A stretch of 63,940 bases of DNA, filler included, from Gemmatimonadota bacterium (GCA_003697105.1; 4 parts of 4 records of this genome joined end to end with filler, not necessarily neighbours in it); one strand, 5' to 3'. Numbered from the whole stretch's first letter, positions 1 through 9,967 are shown. The notes: generated by a model not told the origin, from the sequence alone. Program-made: numbers and translations.

Positions 1-109
1 TCTAAGCCGCGTTAAACGGTGGCGGTTTAATCCCATTCCGGCGGGGGTTGTCACGGTGGTTTATCCATTTGATTTTTATAGTTCCTAAATTTGGGGGAGA
101 GTAGCGACG

Positions 110-1237
110 ATGGCACTGGAAGGGAATCTAAACGATTTTGCACTTTCTGAAATTTTACAACTGATCTCCGTGCAACAAAAGAGCGGCTACTTGGAGTTGC
201 GTTCCGGCAATGATCGCGCCGAAATTTGGTTTGAAAAAGGGCGAATTGTGTTTGCGGATCAGCAGTTAAAACCGTTGACCAGTTTGATCAAAGAACATCT
301 TATCAACACTAAGGTTCTGACTCCAGATATTATTTCCCGCGTGGAAAATGCGGCTCAACAGTCCCGGATTAGTTTTGAAAAAGTGCTGGTTTCTGGAGGC
401 TATTTGGGGGCAGATGAGTTGGCGGCAGTCTCCGAATTTATTATCAGTGAGATGATTCACGGGCTGTTCAAATGGCAGGAGGGCACCTATAAATTTGATG
501 CCGATGTGACCCGCCCGAGCAGTCCCGCCGATGTATCGCTTAAAACCGAAGGGTTGCTGATGGAGGGGATGCGCCGGATCGATGAGTGGCCCGGCATTTT
601 AGAGCAATTACCCTCACCCAAAATGTGGGTACACCCGGGCACAGCTAACCCCGACGATTACTCCCTGACGGAAGAAGAACAAAAGATTATCGAACTGGCT
701 CAAAATGGCATTCGGTTAGCCGACTTGGTGAATCAAGCCGGAATTGGGCAATACCGTACTTACGAAACGGTCTGTAACTTAAAAGAAGTGGATTTGCTGA
801 CGGTCTCCGAACCCACAATTGATACAGAAGAAACCAAAAAACAGATAAAACGCCGCATCCATGTCGGCCGGTTTTTACGACCCTTGCTGGCATTTGTCGT
901 GGTGGTGCTACTGATTGCTGTTGCTCTTACTGCCATTTTGGGTGCGCGGTGGGGTTTGAAACAGATCGGTTTTTCCAAAATCTCCAATGCTGCAGCGAAA
1001 CGGGCCAATATGCAACAAGAGATGGAATCAATTCGATTGGCATTGGATGTCTATTTGATTCAATATCATTACTATCCGGCTGAATTAGAGGATTTGGTTG
1101 CCGTCAATCTGCTCTCTCCGGATCAAATTCGGGATGATTTTCGGGAACAAATCTATGGTTATCGCTTAACCAATGGTAATCGCTCCTATGAAATTGATTC
1201 CCGCTATTTGGACCCTCAATTTTACTACCCACAATGA
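110..1237 (+). CDS. DUF4388 (PatA-N-like) protein with a TM helix and C-terminal T2SS-G/pseudopilin-like segment
   Basis: N-terminus MALEGNLNDFALSEILQLI...GLLMEGMRRIDEW is typical of DUF4388; hydrophobic helix LLAFVVVVLLIAVALTAIL; C-terminal IRLALDVYLIQYHYYPAELEDLV resembles the GspG body; RBS GGAGAG upstream. Confidence 0.8.
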   Translation: MALEGNLNDFALSEILQLISVQQKSGYLELRSGNDRAEIWFEKGRIVFADQQLKPLTSLIKEHLINTKVLTPDIISRVENAAQQSRISFEKVLVSGGYLGADELAAVSEFIISEMIHGLFKWQEGTYKFDADVTRPSSPADVSLKTEGLLMEGMRRIDEWPGILEQLPSPKMWVHPGTANPDDYSLTEEEQKIIELAQNGIRLADLVNQAGIGQYRTYETVCNLKEVDLLTVSEPTIDTEETKKQIKRRIHVGRFLRPLLAFVVVVLLIAVALTAILGARWGLKQIGFSKISNAAAKRANMQQEMESIRLALDVYLIQYHYYPAELEDLVAVNLLSPDQIRDDFREQIYGYRLTNGNRSYEIDSRYLDPQFYYPQ

Positions 1238-1986
1238 TTGAACTGCAGCACGTTACGAAACGGTTTGGTGACCTGACCGCCGTTGATAATCTGAATTTAA
1301 GCATTCCCAAAGGTGAATTTTTCGGCTTTTTGGGCCAAAATGGCGCGGGTAAGACCACGACCATCAAAATGATGACCGGTTTATTACGCCCGACAGAAGG
1401 TACGATTTTGATCGATGGAATTAATATTCAGCAAGAGCCGGAAAAAGCCAAATTCCGCATTGGTTATGTCCCGGATAGTCCTTATGTGTATGAAAAGCTC
1501 ACCGGACGGGAGTTTCTTTACTTTACCGGTAATTTGTACCGGTTGGACCAAGAAACGATCCGCCGCCGGACAGATTACTTCCTCGATCTGTTTGAACTCC
1601 AAGACGCCGCCGACAAACGCACGGAAGAATATTCACACGGGATGCGGCAGAAGATCGTCATGTCTTCTGCGTTTATTCATTTGCCCCGCGTGATGATTGT
1701 GGATGAACCGATGGTCGGGCTTGACCCCCAAAGCGCTAAGATGATTAAGAGTATTCTCCGCAAACTCTGTGATGATCAGGGTAGTACGGTCTTTATGTCC
1801 AGCCATAGTTTGCCGGTGGTGGAGGAACTTTGTGATCGGATTGGGATTATTGTAAAAGGGCGACTCATTGCTTTGGGCACCTTGGATGAGCTAAAAGCAC
1901 AAGCTCGCCTCGAAAGAGGCATGACCCTAGAACATCTGTTTTTAGAACTCACCGGCGGTGTTAAAGAGGCGAATTTAATTGATTAA
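1234..1986 (+). CDS. ABC transporter ATP-binding protein
   Basis: Walker A GQNGAGKTT, signature-like YSHGMRQK, Walker B MIVDEP, H-loop SSH; ATGA overlap with the upstream gene. Confidence 0.95.
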   Translation: MIELQHVTKRFGDLTAVDNLNLSIPKGEFFGFLGQNGAGKTTTIKMMTGLLRPTEGTILIDGINIQQEPEKAKFRIGYVPDSPYVYEKLTGREFLYFTGNLYRLDQETIRRRTDYFLDLFELQDAADKRTEEYSHGMRQKIVMSSAFIHLPRVMIVDEPMVGLDPQSAKMIKSILRKLCDDQGSTVFMSSHSLPVVEELCDRIGIIVKGRLIALGTLDELKAQARLERGMTLEHLFLELTGGVKEANLID

Positions 1987-2010
1987 TAAACGGGTACAGC
2001 AAACCTAACG

Positions 2011-2898
2011 ATGTCCATATTATTCCTATTTTTTGATGGCGTCGGCATTGGGGTGAACGACCCGCGGGTCAATCCTCTTGCCCGGACGCCATCTCGTTTT
2101 TTAAGCCATTTTTTAGATGATACCCTGAGGTCACCGTACGGGGGACGGGTTGTCCCGACAAATGCGACCCTGGGGGTAGCAGGTGTTCCGCAGAGTGCGA
2201 CCGGCCAGACGACCCTGTTCACCGGTGTGAATGCCTCACAGGTGGTTGGCAAGCATATTAGCGGTTTTCCGACACAACCCTTACGCGAACTTTTGAACGA
2301 GTATAACCTGCTGAAAGCATTGCATAACCGTGCCCAACGGGTCTGTTTTGCCAACTGCTACACGGAGGACTACTTTAAGCGCCGAAAAATCTGGTATTCC
2401 GCGACAACTTGGTGTATTTTATCGTCGGGGGCGCGGCATTTTATGCTTGATGACCTAAAACAGGATCGGGGTGTTTCCCATGATTTTACCAATGCCTTTC
2501 TGAATGAATTCGGGTATGATGTGCCGCTCCGGACACCGGAAAAAGCTGGGCAGATTTTAGGCAATTTACTGGCAGACCATGATTTGGTTTTATTTGAGCA
2601 TATTCTTACCGATAAAATCAGCCATCGTAAAAGTTTTGAGATGGCACAGGACCTCATCCAAACGATTGACCGGTTTTTCGATGGGGTATTTGAGACCGTC
2701 GATTTGAATCAGCATACCATTTTGTTCAGCAGTGACCACGGTGGCTTTGAAGATTTGAGTCATGGGAAACACACCACCAATCCGGTACTCACCCTTATTT
2801 GGGGGAAAGATCAAGACCGGCTGGCACGCCGGATCCATAGCATTCAAGATATAACGCCTGCCATTATCGACTTGTTTGAAGACTGTTACCATGAATGA
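2011..2898 (+). CDS. Alkaline phosphatase-superfamily metalloenzyme (iPGM/phosphopentomutase-like)
   Basis: FLFFDGVGIG, PQSATGQT (Ser nucleophile), D-x3-H (DKISH), SDHGG and H-TTNPV metal ligands. Confidence 0.8.
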   Translation: MSILFLFFDGVGIGVNDPRVNPLARTPSRFLSHFLDDTLRSPYGGRVVPTNATLGVAGVPQSATGQTTLFTGVNASQVVGKHISGFPTQPLRELLNEYNLLKALHNRAQRVCFANCYTEDYFKRRKIWYSATTWCILSSGARHFMLDDLKQDRGVSHDFTNAFLNEFGYDVPLRTPEKAGQILGNLLADHDLVLFEHILTDKISHRKSFEMAQDLIQTIDRFFDGVFETVDLNQHTILFSSDHGGFEDLSHGKHTTNPVLTLIWGKDQDRLARRIHSIQDITPAIIDLFEDCYHE

Positions 2899-4582
2899 GT
2901 TACGCCTCATTACCGGGATCAAAGCACGTAATTTTATCAATAGCATCACTGAACGGTCGGTAGATCGGATTGCTCGAAACGTGGCATATATCGTTATCGC
3001 GACATTATTTGTGGTGGGGATGTTTGCCATCTTTCTAGCAATGTTCAGCTATTTGCAAACCGATGCCGATGTATTGGGACCCATTCTCACTGCCCGGATT
3101 TTGCGGATTGCATTCTTAAGCTTTTTTTCCTTACTGGTCATCAGCAATATCATCACGTCGTTATCCACGTTGTACCGCTCCTCGGAAGTTGTTTATCTGT
3201 TTTCCACCCCGATGACCCATCTAAATGTGTTTATCACCAAATTTATCGAAAATGTCTTTTTCAGTTCATGGGCGATCCTCATGTTGGGGATTCCCATTGT
3301 TGCCGCTTATGGCCTCATTGTAAACGCACCGTTTTATTTTTACCCCTGGATTTTGCTTATTTTTATCCCGTTTGTTCTCATTTCTGCCAGTTGGGGGGTT
3401 TCTTTTACGATTATTCTGACCCGCTTATTTTCGCACCAACGGGCGCGCAAATGGTTGACCGGCGGTTTGTTCCTCAGTGGCATCTCGGTTGCCATTTATG
3501 CCTATTTAACCCGCCCGCGGCGATTGGTGATCGGGGATACCGATAGTTTGTTGGAAGTGGATCGCTTTTTAGCTCGCGCGCAGGTTGTCTCGTTGCCGGT
3601 TATGCCGCATTCATGGATGGTGGAAACCTTTTTATCGATTGTGGATGGCGTTCTAAATGATGCGTATTTTTACACGGCATTGCTGATCAGCACGGCGATT
3701 GTCTCTTTACAAATGGTGCTTTGGATTGCTTACAAATGGTATTACCCCAGTTGGACGCGCTCATTAGAATCTGGTGGTACAGAACGTCGCCGTTCGGGAA
3801 CATACCGGGATGTAACCTTCAATCCACTTTTCAAACTTTTTCCGCAAGATGTGCGGAGCCTGATCGTCAAGGACATACGTTTGTTCCTCCGCGATCCGAA
3901 TCAGTGGGGGCAATTGCTGATCATTGCCACGTTGCTGGTGGTCTATATTTTTAATTTGGCAAATCTGCCGCCGTACTTTGACAACGATTTTTGGAAGGTG
4001 ATTATCTCTTTCCTGAATTTTGCGTTCACGGGTTATGTGTTCGCGACGATTTCCGTACGGTTTGTGTTTCCGTCGGTCAGTCTGGAAGGTCATAGTTTTT
4101 GGTCGGTGGGGACGGCACCAATTAAAATTGAAACGCTTTTTTGGGAGAAATATATGTTAGCGTTTTTGCTATCGCTTGCCGGAGCAGAAACGTTGGTGAC
4201 AGTCTCCAACTTGATGCTCAAAGCTGATCGGGTGAGCCTGATCGTGGCATGGGTGGGTACTTTTTTTGTAATCGCAGCGCTGACAGCGATCAATGTGGGC
4301 TTAGGGGCGGTTTATCCTTATTTTCATGAAAAAAACCCGTCCCGCATCGCCTCGACCGCCGGGGCGATGGTTTCCGTAATCATTTGTGTGGTTTATGTGC
4401 TAACGGTTTCGGCATTAGTCGGGTTTTTAACGTGGGCATATTACGGTACCCGCTGGACCGCTTTTCATGCGACACCGGAAATGGTAAGGGATGCGGTGTT
4501 AGCATTCGTATTAATTCACTTGATAGCAATCGGGTTACCGGTTCGCTACGGTATTCGTTCCCTAAAATATCGGGATTTATAA
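2891..4582 (+). CDS. Putative ABC exporter permease
   Basis: Many TM helices in two halves; KDIRLFLRDP and SLEG motifs; ATG 2891 overlaps the end of the upstream gene; partner of the 1234-1986 ATPase. Confidence 0.85.
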   Translation: MNELRLITGIKARNFINSITERSVDRIARNVAYIVIATLFVVGMFAIFLAMFSYLQTDADVLGPILTARILRIAFLSFFSLLVISNIITSLSTLYRSSEVVYLFSTPMTHLNVFITKFIENVFFSSWAILMLGIPIVAAYGLIVNAPFYFYPWILLIFIPFVLISASWGVSFTIILTRLFSHQRARKWLTGGLFLSGISVAIYAYLTRPRRLVIGDTDSLLEVDRFLARAQVVSLPVMPHSWMVETFLSIVDGVLNDAYFYTALLISTAIVSLQMVLWIAYKWYYPSWTRSLESGGTERRRSGTYRDVTFNPLFKLFPQDVRSLIVKDIRLFLRDPNQWGQLLIIATLLVVYIFNLANLPPYFDNDFWKVIISFLNFAFTGYVFATISVRFVFPSVSLEGHSFWSVGTAPIKIETLFWEKYMLAFLLSLAGAETLVTVSNLMLKADRVSLIVAWVGTFFVIAALTAINVGLGAVYPYFHEKNPSRIASTAGAMVSVIICVVYVLTVSALVGFLTWAYYGTRWTAFHATPEMVRDAVLAFVLIHLIAIGLPVRYGIRSLKYRDL

Positions 4583-4596
4583 TGGAGGTTTCATCA

Positions 4597-5181
4597 ATGA
4601 AAAAGCTTATATGTACGCTGTTTCTCTGTGTGATTCTGGCGGCGCCGGGGCTTGCGCGTGAACGATCTATTTTTGGCGCTAGCCGGACGGTTATCGGGGG
4701 TTTTGGGGGTCCTGTTCTTAAAATTACGGATATTAATGGTGACATCGGCGCGCTCGTGGGTGGGCGCGGTGGCTGGATTTTGAACCACTCCCTGACACTG
4801 GGTGCGGGAGGGTATCTATTAGCCAGTGATCTGGACTTGACCCCGAAAGTGGCACCACTAGATGAAGTGCCTATCCCGGAACAATTGAAATTCGGTTACG
4901 GCGGTTTTGAGATGGGCTATGTTATCCGCCCAAAAGAACTGGTACATTTTTCATTTAATACGCTCTTGGGCGCCGGGAACGTCCGTTTAGAGAATTTTGA
5001 AGATAACTTTTTTGTGGTTGAACCGGCATTGAATATGGAGATCAATGTTACTCCCAATATGCGGCTGGGCATGGGTCTCAGTTACCGGTTGGTGAATGGT
5101 GTCGATGATAATGTGTGGGTGAATGATGCGGATCTTACCAACACGGTGGGGGTTATCACCCTTAAATTTGGTAAATTTTAA
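4597..5181 (+). CDS. Small outer-membrane beta-barrel protein
   Basis: RBS GGAGG at 4584 then ATG 4597; signal peptide MKKLICTLFLCVILAAPGLA; Gly/aromatic alternating strands; C-terminal Phe (LKFGKF). Confidence 0.7.
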   Translation: MKKLICTLFLCVILAAPGLARERSIFGASRTVIGGFGGPVLKITDINGDIGALVGGRGGWILNHSLTLGAGGYLLASDLDLTPKVAPLDEVPIPEQLKFGYGGFEMGYVIRPKELVHFSFNTLLGAGNVRLENFEDNFFVVEPALNMEINVTPNMRLGMGLSYRLVNGVDDNVWVNDADLTNTVGVITLKFGKF

Positions 5182-5215
5182 ACCCTTGTAAACGAGACGA
5201 AATCCTGCTATATTT

Positions 5216-5247
5216 AGGCGTGTCGGTTTTATAGGCACGCCTTTTTT
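5216..5247 (+). terminator. Intrinsic terminator
   Basis: AGGCGTGTC-loop-GGCACGCCT stem followed by a T run, just after the first gene run. Confidence 0.7.
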
Positions 5248-5291
5248 ATCCTGAAGTCTTCAGCCTATTGCCATAACCTGCCTTGCACCCG

Positions 5292-5323
5292 CTGCTGCCT
5301 GAGCTTGTCGAAGGTTGCCCTGT
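5292..5323 (+). repeat. Dispersed REP-like repeat, copy 1
   Basis: CTGCTGCCTGAGCTTGTCGAAGGTTGCCCTGT matches the reverse complement of 46921-46952 at 28/32; inverted partner CTTCGAC at 5343-5349. Confidence 0.65.
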
Positions 5324-5436
5324 CGAAAGCAGTGGCCGGGGGCTTCGACTACCGGGTCTCGATGCTCAACCGGTGTGCTATTTTTGATAATGATAATAGG
5401 TTACGCAAAACAGACATTTGTTTAAGGATAGGAAAA

Positions 5437-7920
5437 ATGAGATTCAGACTGTGTTTCTGGTTGATCCTGATCCTCCCTTTGACGGGGCAAAGTCAAGTTG
5501 TAATCAACGAAATCATGTACCACACAGAGCACTCCTCGCAGGAATGGGTTGAGCTTTATAATGCCGCTGAAGATACAATCAACCTGCAAAATTGGTCTAT
5601 TGCGGATGCCAATTTTTCCCCCAAACGGATTATTTCCACGGCATTTTTTGTTCCGCCGGGTAGCTACCTTACGCTCGTGCGAGACCAAGCTGCTTTTGAA
5701 ACGCAATTTCCCCAATCCGATAGTTTGTGGGTCTTGGAGCCCGAAGATGCCTTACCGGCGCTCAATAATAGCGGTGATGTGATTGTGCTGTATGACGCAG
5801 AATTGACCCCGGTCGATTCGGTTGAATTTAGTGCCAGTTGGGGCGGTGACCGGGGTATCTCTCTGGAACGAATCGCGCCTCAAAATCCTTCGATTGACCC
5901 CCAAAATTGGGGCAGTTGCCTTGACCCGAATGGTGGAACTCCCACCCGAAAAAATAGCATTTCCATACAATCCATTGATCTCGCTGTTTTTGACGAGAAT
6001 ATCCGGTTTGAGCCGGCGATTCCCCGCGAGTCAACCTCCTATGTCACCATTTACGCCCTCGTGTATAATGTCGGTTTGATGGATGCCTCTGGTTTTCGGG
6101 TGATTGTTCGGGATTCGACCCAACAAACTCTCCTCCACGAATTTGTGCAAGAAACGCCGTTAGCCCCCGGTGACTTTATCGAAGTGATGACCGTTTATGC
6201 CGATTTTCGTCGTGGGGATCAAGTGATTGAGGTCATCATCGATTTTGACACCGATCAGAATCCGCAAAACAATCGTGCTCAGCAACTATTGCACGTCAGC
6301 CCAGATGCCGGCGCGGTGGTCATCAATGAAATTATGTACGCCCCCCATCCGGATGAACCCGAATGGGTTGAATTGTTTAACCGGACACTCCAACCGGTAA
6401 ACCTGCGTTACTGGTATATAGCGGATGCACAACGTGAGGTGGTACTCACGGATGTTTCGCGGGTTATTCCTGCACAAGGCTATGTTGTCCTCGTGGATGA
6501 TTTACCTACTTTTTCTGCCGTTTATCCTCAACTGGATACTGCCTTTGTCTGGCAACCTCCGGAAGGGTTGCCCACACTCAACAACAGCGGTGATCGCCTC
6601 GTTCTTTCAGACCGGCGTGTTGTACGTATGGATTCGGTGCAATTTACTGCGAATTGGGGCGGGCAGGATGGTATTTCATTGGAGCGCATCAATCCCGACG
6701 CCGCCGCGACGGATAGTACCAATTGGGGCGATTGCCTGTATCCCGAGGGCGCAACTCCGTTGGCACCCAACAGTATCCTTGCGAAACCGGTTGATTTAGC
6801 AGTGCTCACCTTGACCATTGACCCCGATGAACCGCAAGCCGGTGATGACTTGACACTCACCGCCACCTTGCAAAATCTGGGACGAACGGAAGTCCTGAAT
6901 TTTGGCGTTCGCTTTGAAGAACTTACTACGGGGGAGGTCATTGCCGACATTACGGTAACGACACCTGTGCCCCCCAACGGGGCTATTCAGGACATCTCAA
7001 CGACATATCCAAACGCACCTGCCGGAGATTACCAGTTTCAAGCTCGTATCGATTTGGGTAGTGATGAAAATCCGGCAAATGATGCTGCCACCGCAACGGT
7101 TCGTGTCGGTAATCCGCCAATCGACCTAAAGTTGAATGAAATTTACTATGAGGATGACCCCGAGTGGATCGAACTTTACAATGCCGGGGAGGCGGCAATT
7201 AACCTCAGTCACTGGATGTTGGCAGATGCGGATAGCACCTTGTATGCCATTCCGGAAGATGTGCCATTGGTTGAGGCAATGGGATTTTTGATTGTCACCG
7301 AAAACCGGGATCAGTTCCTCACCCGTTTCCCAGCGGCGAGTTGCCCCATTATCCAGATGGAGCGCTTTCCAACACTGAACAAAACGGAAGATGAAGTCCG
7401 CCTCCTTGACCCGTATTTAATGGAAGTCGATCGGGCGGTATATCGGGTGGACGACCCGGCTCACTCCGGCAACTCCCTTGAGCGACGCAGTCCAACCGCC
7501 GATCCCTCCAATCCGGCGAATTGGGTCACGTCTGTTGCTCTCGATGGTGCAACGCCGTGCGCGGAAAACAGCGTTTTTACAGAAGTCATTCCCGAAAAAG
7601 CCGTGCTCTCTGTTTCACCCAATCCGTTTTCACCGGATGGGGACGGACAAGATGATGTGACATTTCTCACTCTTTCACTGCCGGTTAACCTCGTGGATTT
7701 AACCATTGACATCTATGATGTGCAGGGGCGGTTAGTCCGGCAGTTGGTTAATGAGAAACGGGTTCAAGCCAATAAATATCCCCAACAATGGGATGGGCGG
7801 GATGACCAAGGCGACCCGCTGAGTATTGGCATTTACATTATCTTTTTTGAAGCAATCAATTGGCAGGAAGGGATTCATCTGAAAGGGAAAGCAACCGTTG
7901 TTTTAGCCAAAAATTTATGA
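5437..7920 (+). CDS. Secreted lamin-tail-domain protein (3 LTD, 2 CARDB-like, C-terminal FlgD/T9SS type-B-like domain)
   Basis: Three repeats of (V/L)(I/L)NEI.Y...EW(V/I)EL(Y/F)N...G.SLER...NW...G.TP; CARDB-like N..NN/ND ends; C-terminal SPNPFSPDGDGQDD...IYDVQGRLVR...WDGRD...GIYI; signal peptide from ATG 5437. Confidence 0.85.
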   Translation: MRFRLCFWLILILPLTGQSQVVINEIMYHTEHSSQEWVELYNAAEDTINLQNWSIADANFSPKRIISTAFFVPPGSYLTLVRDQAAFETQFPQSDSLWVLEPEDALPALNNSGDVIVLYDAELTPVDSVEFSASWGGDRGISLERIAPQNPSIDPQNWGSCLDPNGGTPTRKNSISIQSIDLAVFDENIRFEPAIPRESTSYVTIYALVYNVGLMDASGFRVIVRDSTQQTLLHEFVQETPLAPGDFIEVMTVYADFRRGDQVIEVIIDFDTDQNPQNNRAQQLLHVSPDAGAVVINEIMYAPHPDEPEWVELFNRTLQPVNLRYWYIADAQREVVLTDVSRVIPAQGYVVLVDDLPTFSAVYPQLDTAFVWQPPEGLPTLNNSGDRLVLSDRRVVRMDSVQFTANWGGQDGISLERINPDAAATDSTNWGDCLYPEGATPLAPNSILAKPVDLAVLTLTIDPDEPQAGDDLTLTATLQNLGRTEVLNFGVRFEELTTGEVIADITVTTPVPPNGAIQDISTTYPNAPAGDYQFQARIDLGSDENPANDAATATVRVGNPPIDLKLNEIYYEDDPEWIELYNAGEAAINLSHWMLADADSTLYAIPEDVPLVEAMGFLIVTENRDQFLTRFPAASCPIIQMERFPTLNKTEDEVRLLDPYLMEVDRAVYRVDDPAHSGNSLERRSPTADPSNPANWVTSVALDGATPCAENSVFTEVIPEKAVLSVSPNPFSPDGDGQDDVTFLTLSLPVNLVDLTIDIYDVQGRLVRQLVNEKRVQANKYPQQWDGRDDQGDPLSIGIYIIFFEAINWQEGIHLKGKATVVLAKNL

Positions 7921-7934
7921 CGGAAAGGGAGACC

Positions 7935-8777
7935 ATGAAACGATATTGGCTAGATTCACGGGGGACATGGTGGCGACTCTTTATATTGCTTGTGTTGAAC
8001 GTCAACCCGGGTTGGCCGGCGTTCTCCGACGCTCCGCTTTCCACGGCGCCGTTGGGGATGGGTTATGCCACCACAGCCGTTACGGAAAATATTCATGCCA
8101 TCTATACCAATCCGGCGGCACTGGCACAAATGTACGGGATGGCGGCATCTATGGATTACACCCAGCGCTACGGATTGTCTGAATTGGCACATACCCAAAT
8201 TATGGGTGCGGTTTCAACCAATCTAGGTGCTATCGGTCTGAGTTATAACCAACTTGGTGAGGATTTGTATCAGGAACGACTGGTCGTGGGTACTTATGCT
8301 TACGAAGTCCGGCATGACTTGAGTTTAGGACTCAGTTTGCGCGGCTATCAATTGGATGTGGCGCAATATGGCGAAAGTACGACGTTTGGGGTTGATGCTG
8401 GCATTCTGCTTCGTCCTCGTCCCGAGGTACGCCTTGGGTTCAAGGCGCACAACCTGAATCGACCGGAAATCGGGGTAACCCATGACCCGTTACCGCATTC
8501 ATTGACCTTAGGGGTCGCGTATGTTCCCCGCTCAAACGTCGTGGTGGGAATCGATGCATTTAAAGACCTCGATTTCCCCATCTCTTATCGTGCTGGAGTG
8601 GAATATAAGCCTGTGCCAGCATTGGCGTTACGGGCGGGTGTGCAGACGGAACCGGGTCAATTTAGCGTTGGGGCGGGCTTTTACCACCGTTTTTTACAGA
8701 TTGATTATGCTCGTGTCTCCCATCCCAAGTTGGGAGAAACCAACTACTGGGGTCTGATGATTCATTGGGCGGAGTAA
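7935..8777 (+). CDS. PorV/PorP-like (UPF0164-type) outer-membrane barrel protein
   Basis: Signal peptide then LGMGYATTAVTENIHAIYTNPAAL, the FadL/PorV-type N-terminal motif; beta-strand pattern; ends QIDYA...HPKLG; start could also be 7917. Confidence 0.7.
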   Translation: MKRYWLDSRGTWWRLFILLVLNVNPGWPAFSDAPLSTAPLGMGYATTAVTENIHAIYTNPAALAQMYGMAASMDYTQRYGLSELAHTQIMGAVSTNLGAIGLSYNQLGEDLYQERLVVGTYAYEVRHDLSLGLSLRGYQLDVAQYGESTTFGVDAGILLRPRPEVRLGFKAHNLNRPEIGVTHDPLPHSLTLGVAYVPRSNVVVGIDAFKDLDFPISYRAGVEYKPVPALALRAGVQTEPGQFSVGAGFYHRFLQIDYARVSHPKLGETNYWGLMIHWAE

Positions 8778-8781
8778 ACGA

Positions 8782-9156
8782 ATGGCATCCAATCGCCGTC
8801 GATTTGGCGCGCAAAACGAAGAGCGTGCCGCCGTATTTTTACAGCAAAAAGGGTACACCATCTTGGAACGGAATTTCCGTACACCCTATGCTGAAATCGA
8901 TCTCATTGCCAAAGATGGGGATACGCTTGTCTTTGTGGAAGTTAAAGCCCGGCGGTCTATGCGATTTGGGCATCCGGCAGCGGCAGTCACTCCACATAAA
9001 CAACAACGAATCATTCATGCCGCGGCAATCTATCTGCAACAGCAGGACATCAGCGATTGTGCCTGCCGTTTTGATGTCATTGCAATTCATGTTCGGCCGG
9101 ATGAGGTGCGGATCGAGCATTTCCCCCACGCTTTTATCGACGAGCAGGCATATTGA
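8782..9156 (+). CDS. yraN: YraN/UPF0102 family protein
   Basis: G...EERAAVFLQQKGYTILERNFR...EIDLIA...LVFVEVKAR...RFDVI. Confidence 0.92.
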   Translation: MASNRRRFGAQNEERAAVFLQQKGYTILERNFRTPYAEIDLIAKDGDTLVFVEVKARRSMRFGHPAAAVTPHKQQRIIHAAAIYLQQQDISDCACRFDVIAIHVRPDEVRIEHFPHAFIDEQAY

Positions 9157-9240
9157 TGACCCCAAATGAGTAAAAAAAGCTTGATCTACAACTTATTTAA
9201 TGATATAACTATAAACCCTTACCTCAAGAGAGTACCTTTC

Positions 9241-9852
9241 ATGATATTTTCCCGATATTTATGGTTCGGGCTGGTGCTGATCCTCATTCTGGGCAGTGCT
9301 TGCTCACATGCTGAGGAAAATTCTTCCCCCCCTCCACCGGAGAAGGACATGCCATCTATTTATGATTTTACGGTGCAACGTATCACAGGTGAAGACGTTA
9401 AACTAGCTACTTACAAAGGTAACGTCATGTTGATCGTTAATGTTGCCAGCAAATGTGGTTTTACCCCCCAATACAAGGGACTGCAAAAATTACACGAAAC
9501 CTATGCGGATCAGGGTTTAGTTGTGATGGGTTTCCCGGCGAATGATTTTGGGAATCAGGAACCGGGGAGCAATGAGCAAATTCTCTCCTTTTGTACCACG
9601 ACCTATCACGTGGAATTCCCCATGTTTGCCAAAATTTCGGTGACGGGCAAGGATAAACACCCGCTGTACCGGTTTTTAACTGAAAAAGAGACTAACCCCG
9701 AATTTGCCGGAGAAATTTCATGGAATTTCAATAAATTCCTAATTGATCGTACCGGCAAGATAGTTGCTCGTTTTGACTCCCGTGATAAACCAGAAGATGA
9801 CACCGTTATTCAAGCCATTGAAACGGCTTTAAAACAGACACCATCCCATTAA
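9241..9852 (+). CDS. Glutathione peroxidase family protein (Cys-type, probable lipoprotein)
   Basis: NVASKCGFT (Cys codon TGT), FPANDFGNQEP, WNFNKFL; lipobox-like LILILGSAC after ATG 9241 (start uncertain). Confidence 0.9.
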   Translation: MIFSRYLWFGLVLILILGSACSHAEENSSPPPPEKDMPSIYDFTVQRITGEDVKLATYKGNVMLIVNVASKCGFTPQYKGLQKLHETYADQGLVVMGFPANDFGNQEPGSNEQILSFCTTTYHVEFPMFAKISVTGKDKHPLYRFLTEKETNPEFAGEISWNFNKFLIDRTGKIVARFDSRDKPEDDTVIQAIETALKQTPSH

Positions 9853-9967
9853 CGTATGATCGATAACCATCATGAAAAAAGAGATTGAGAAGACGTTCCA
9901 AAGGTCCTCAATCTCTTTTTATATGTTCCGCGGCGCGTTTCTGATGGGGGGAAGGAGAACTTGAACC

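Noticed and set aside
5305-5436. N-terminal extension of the lamin-tail ORF from the ORF track
   Set aside because: The TTG start lies inside the dispersed repeat; the signal peptide begins at ATG 5437
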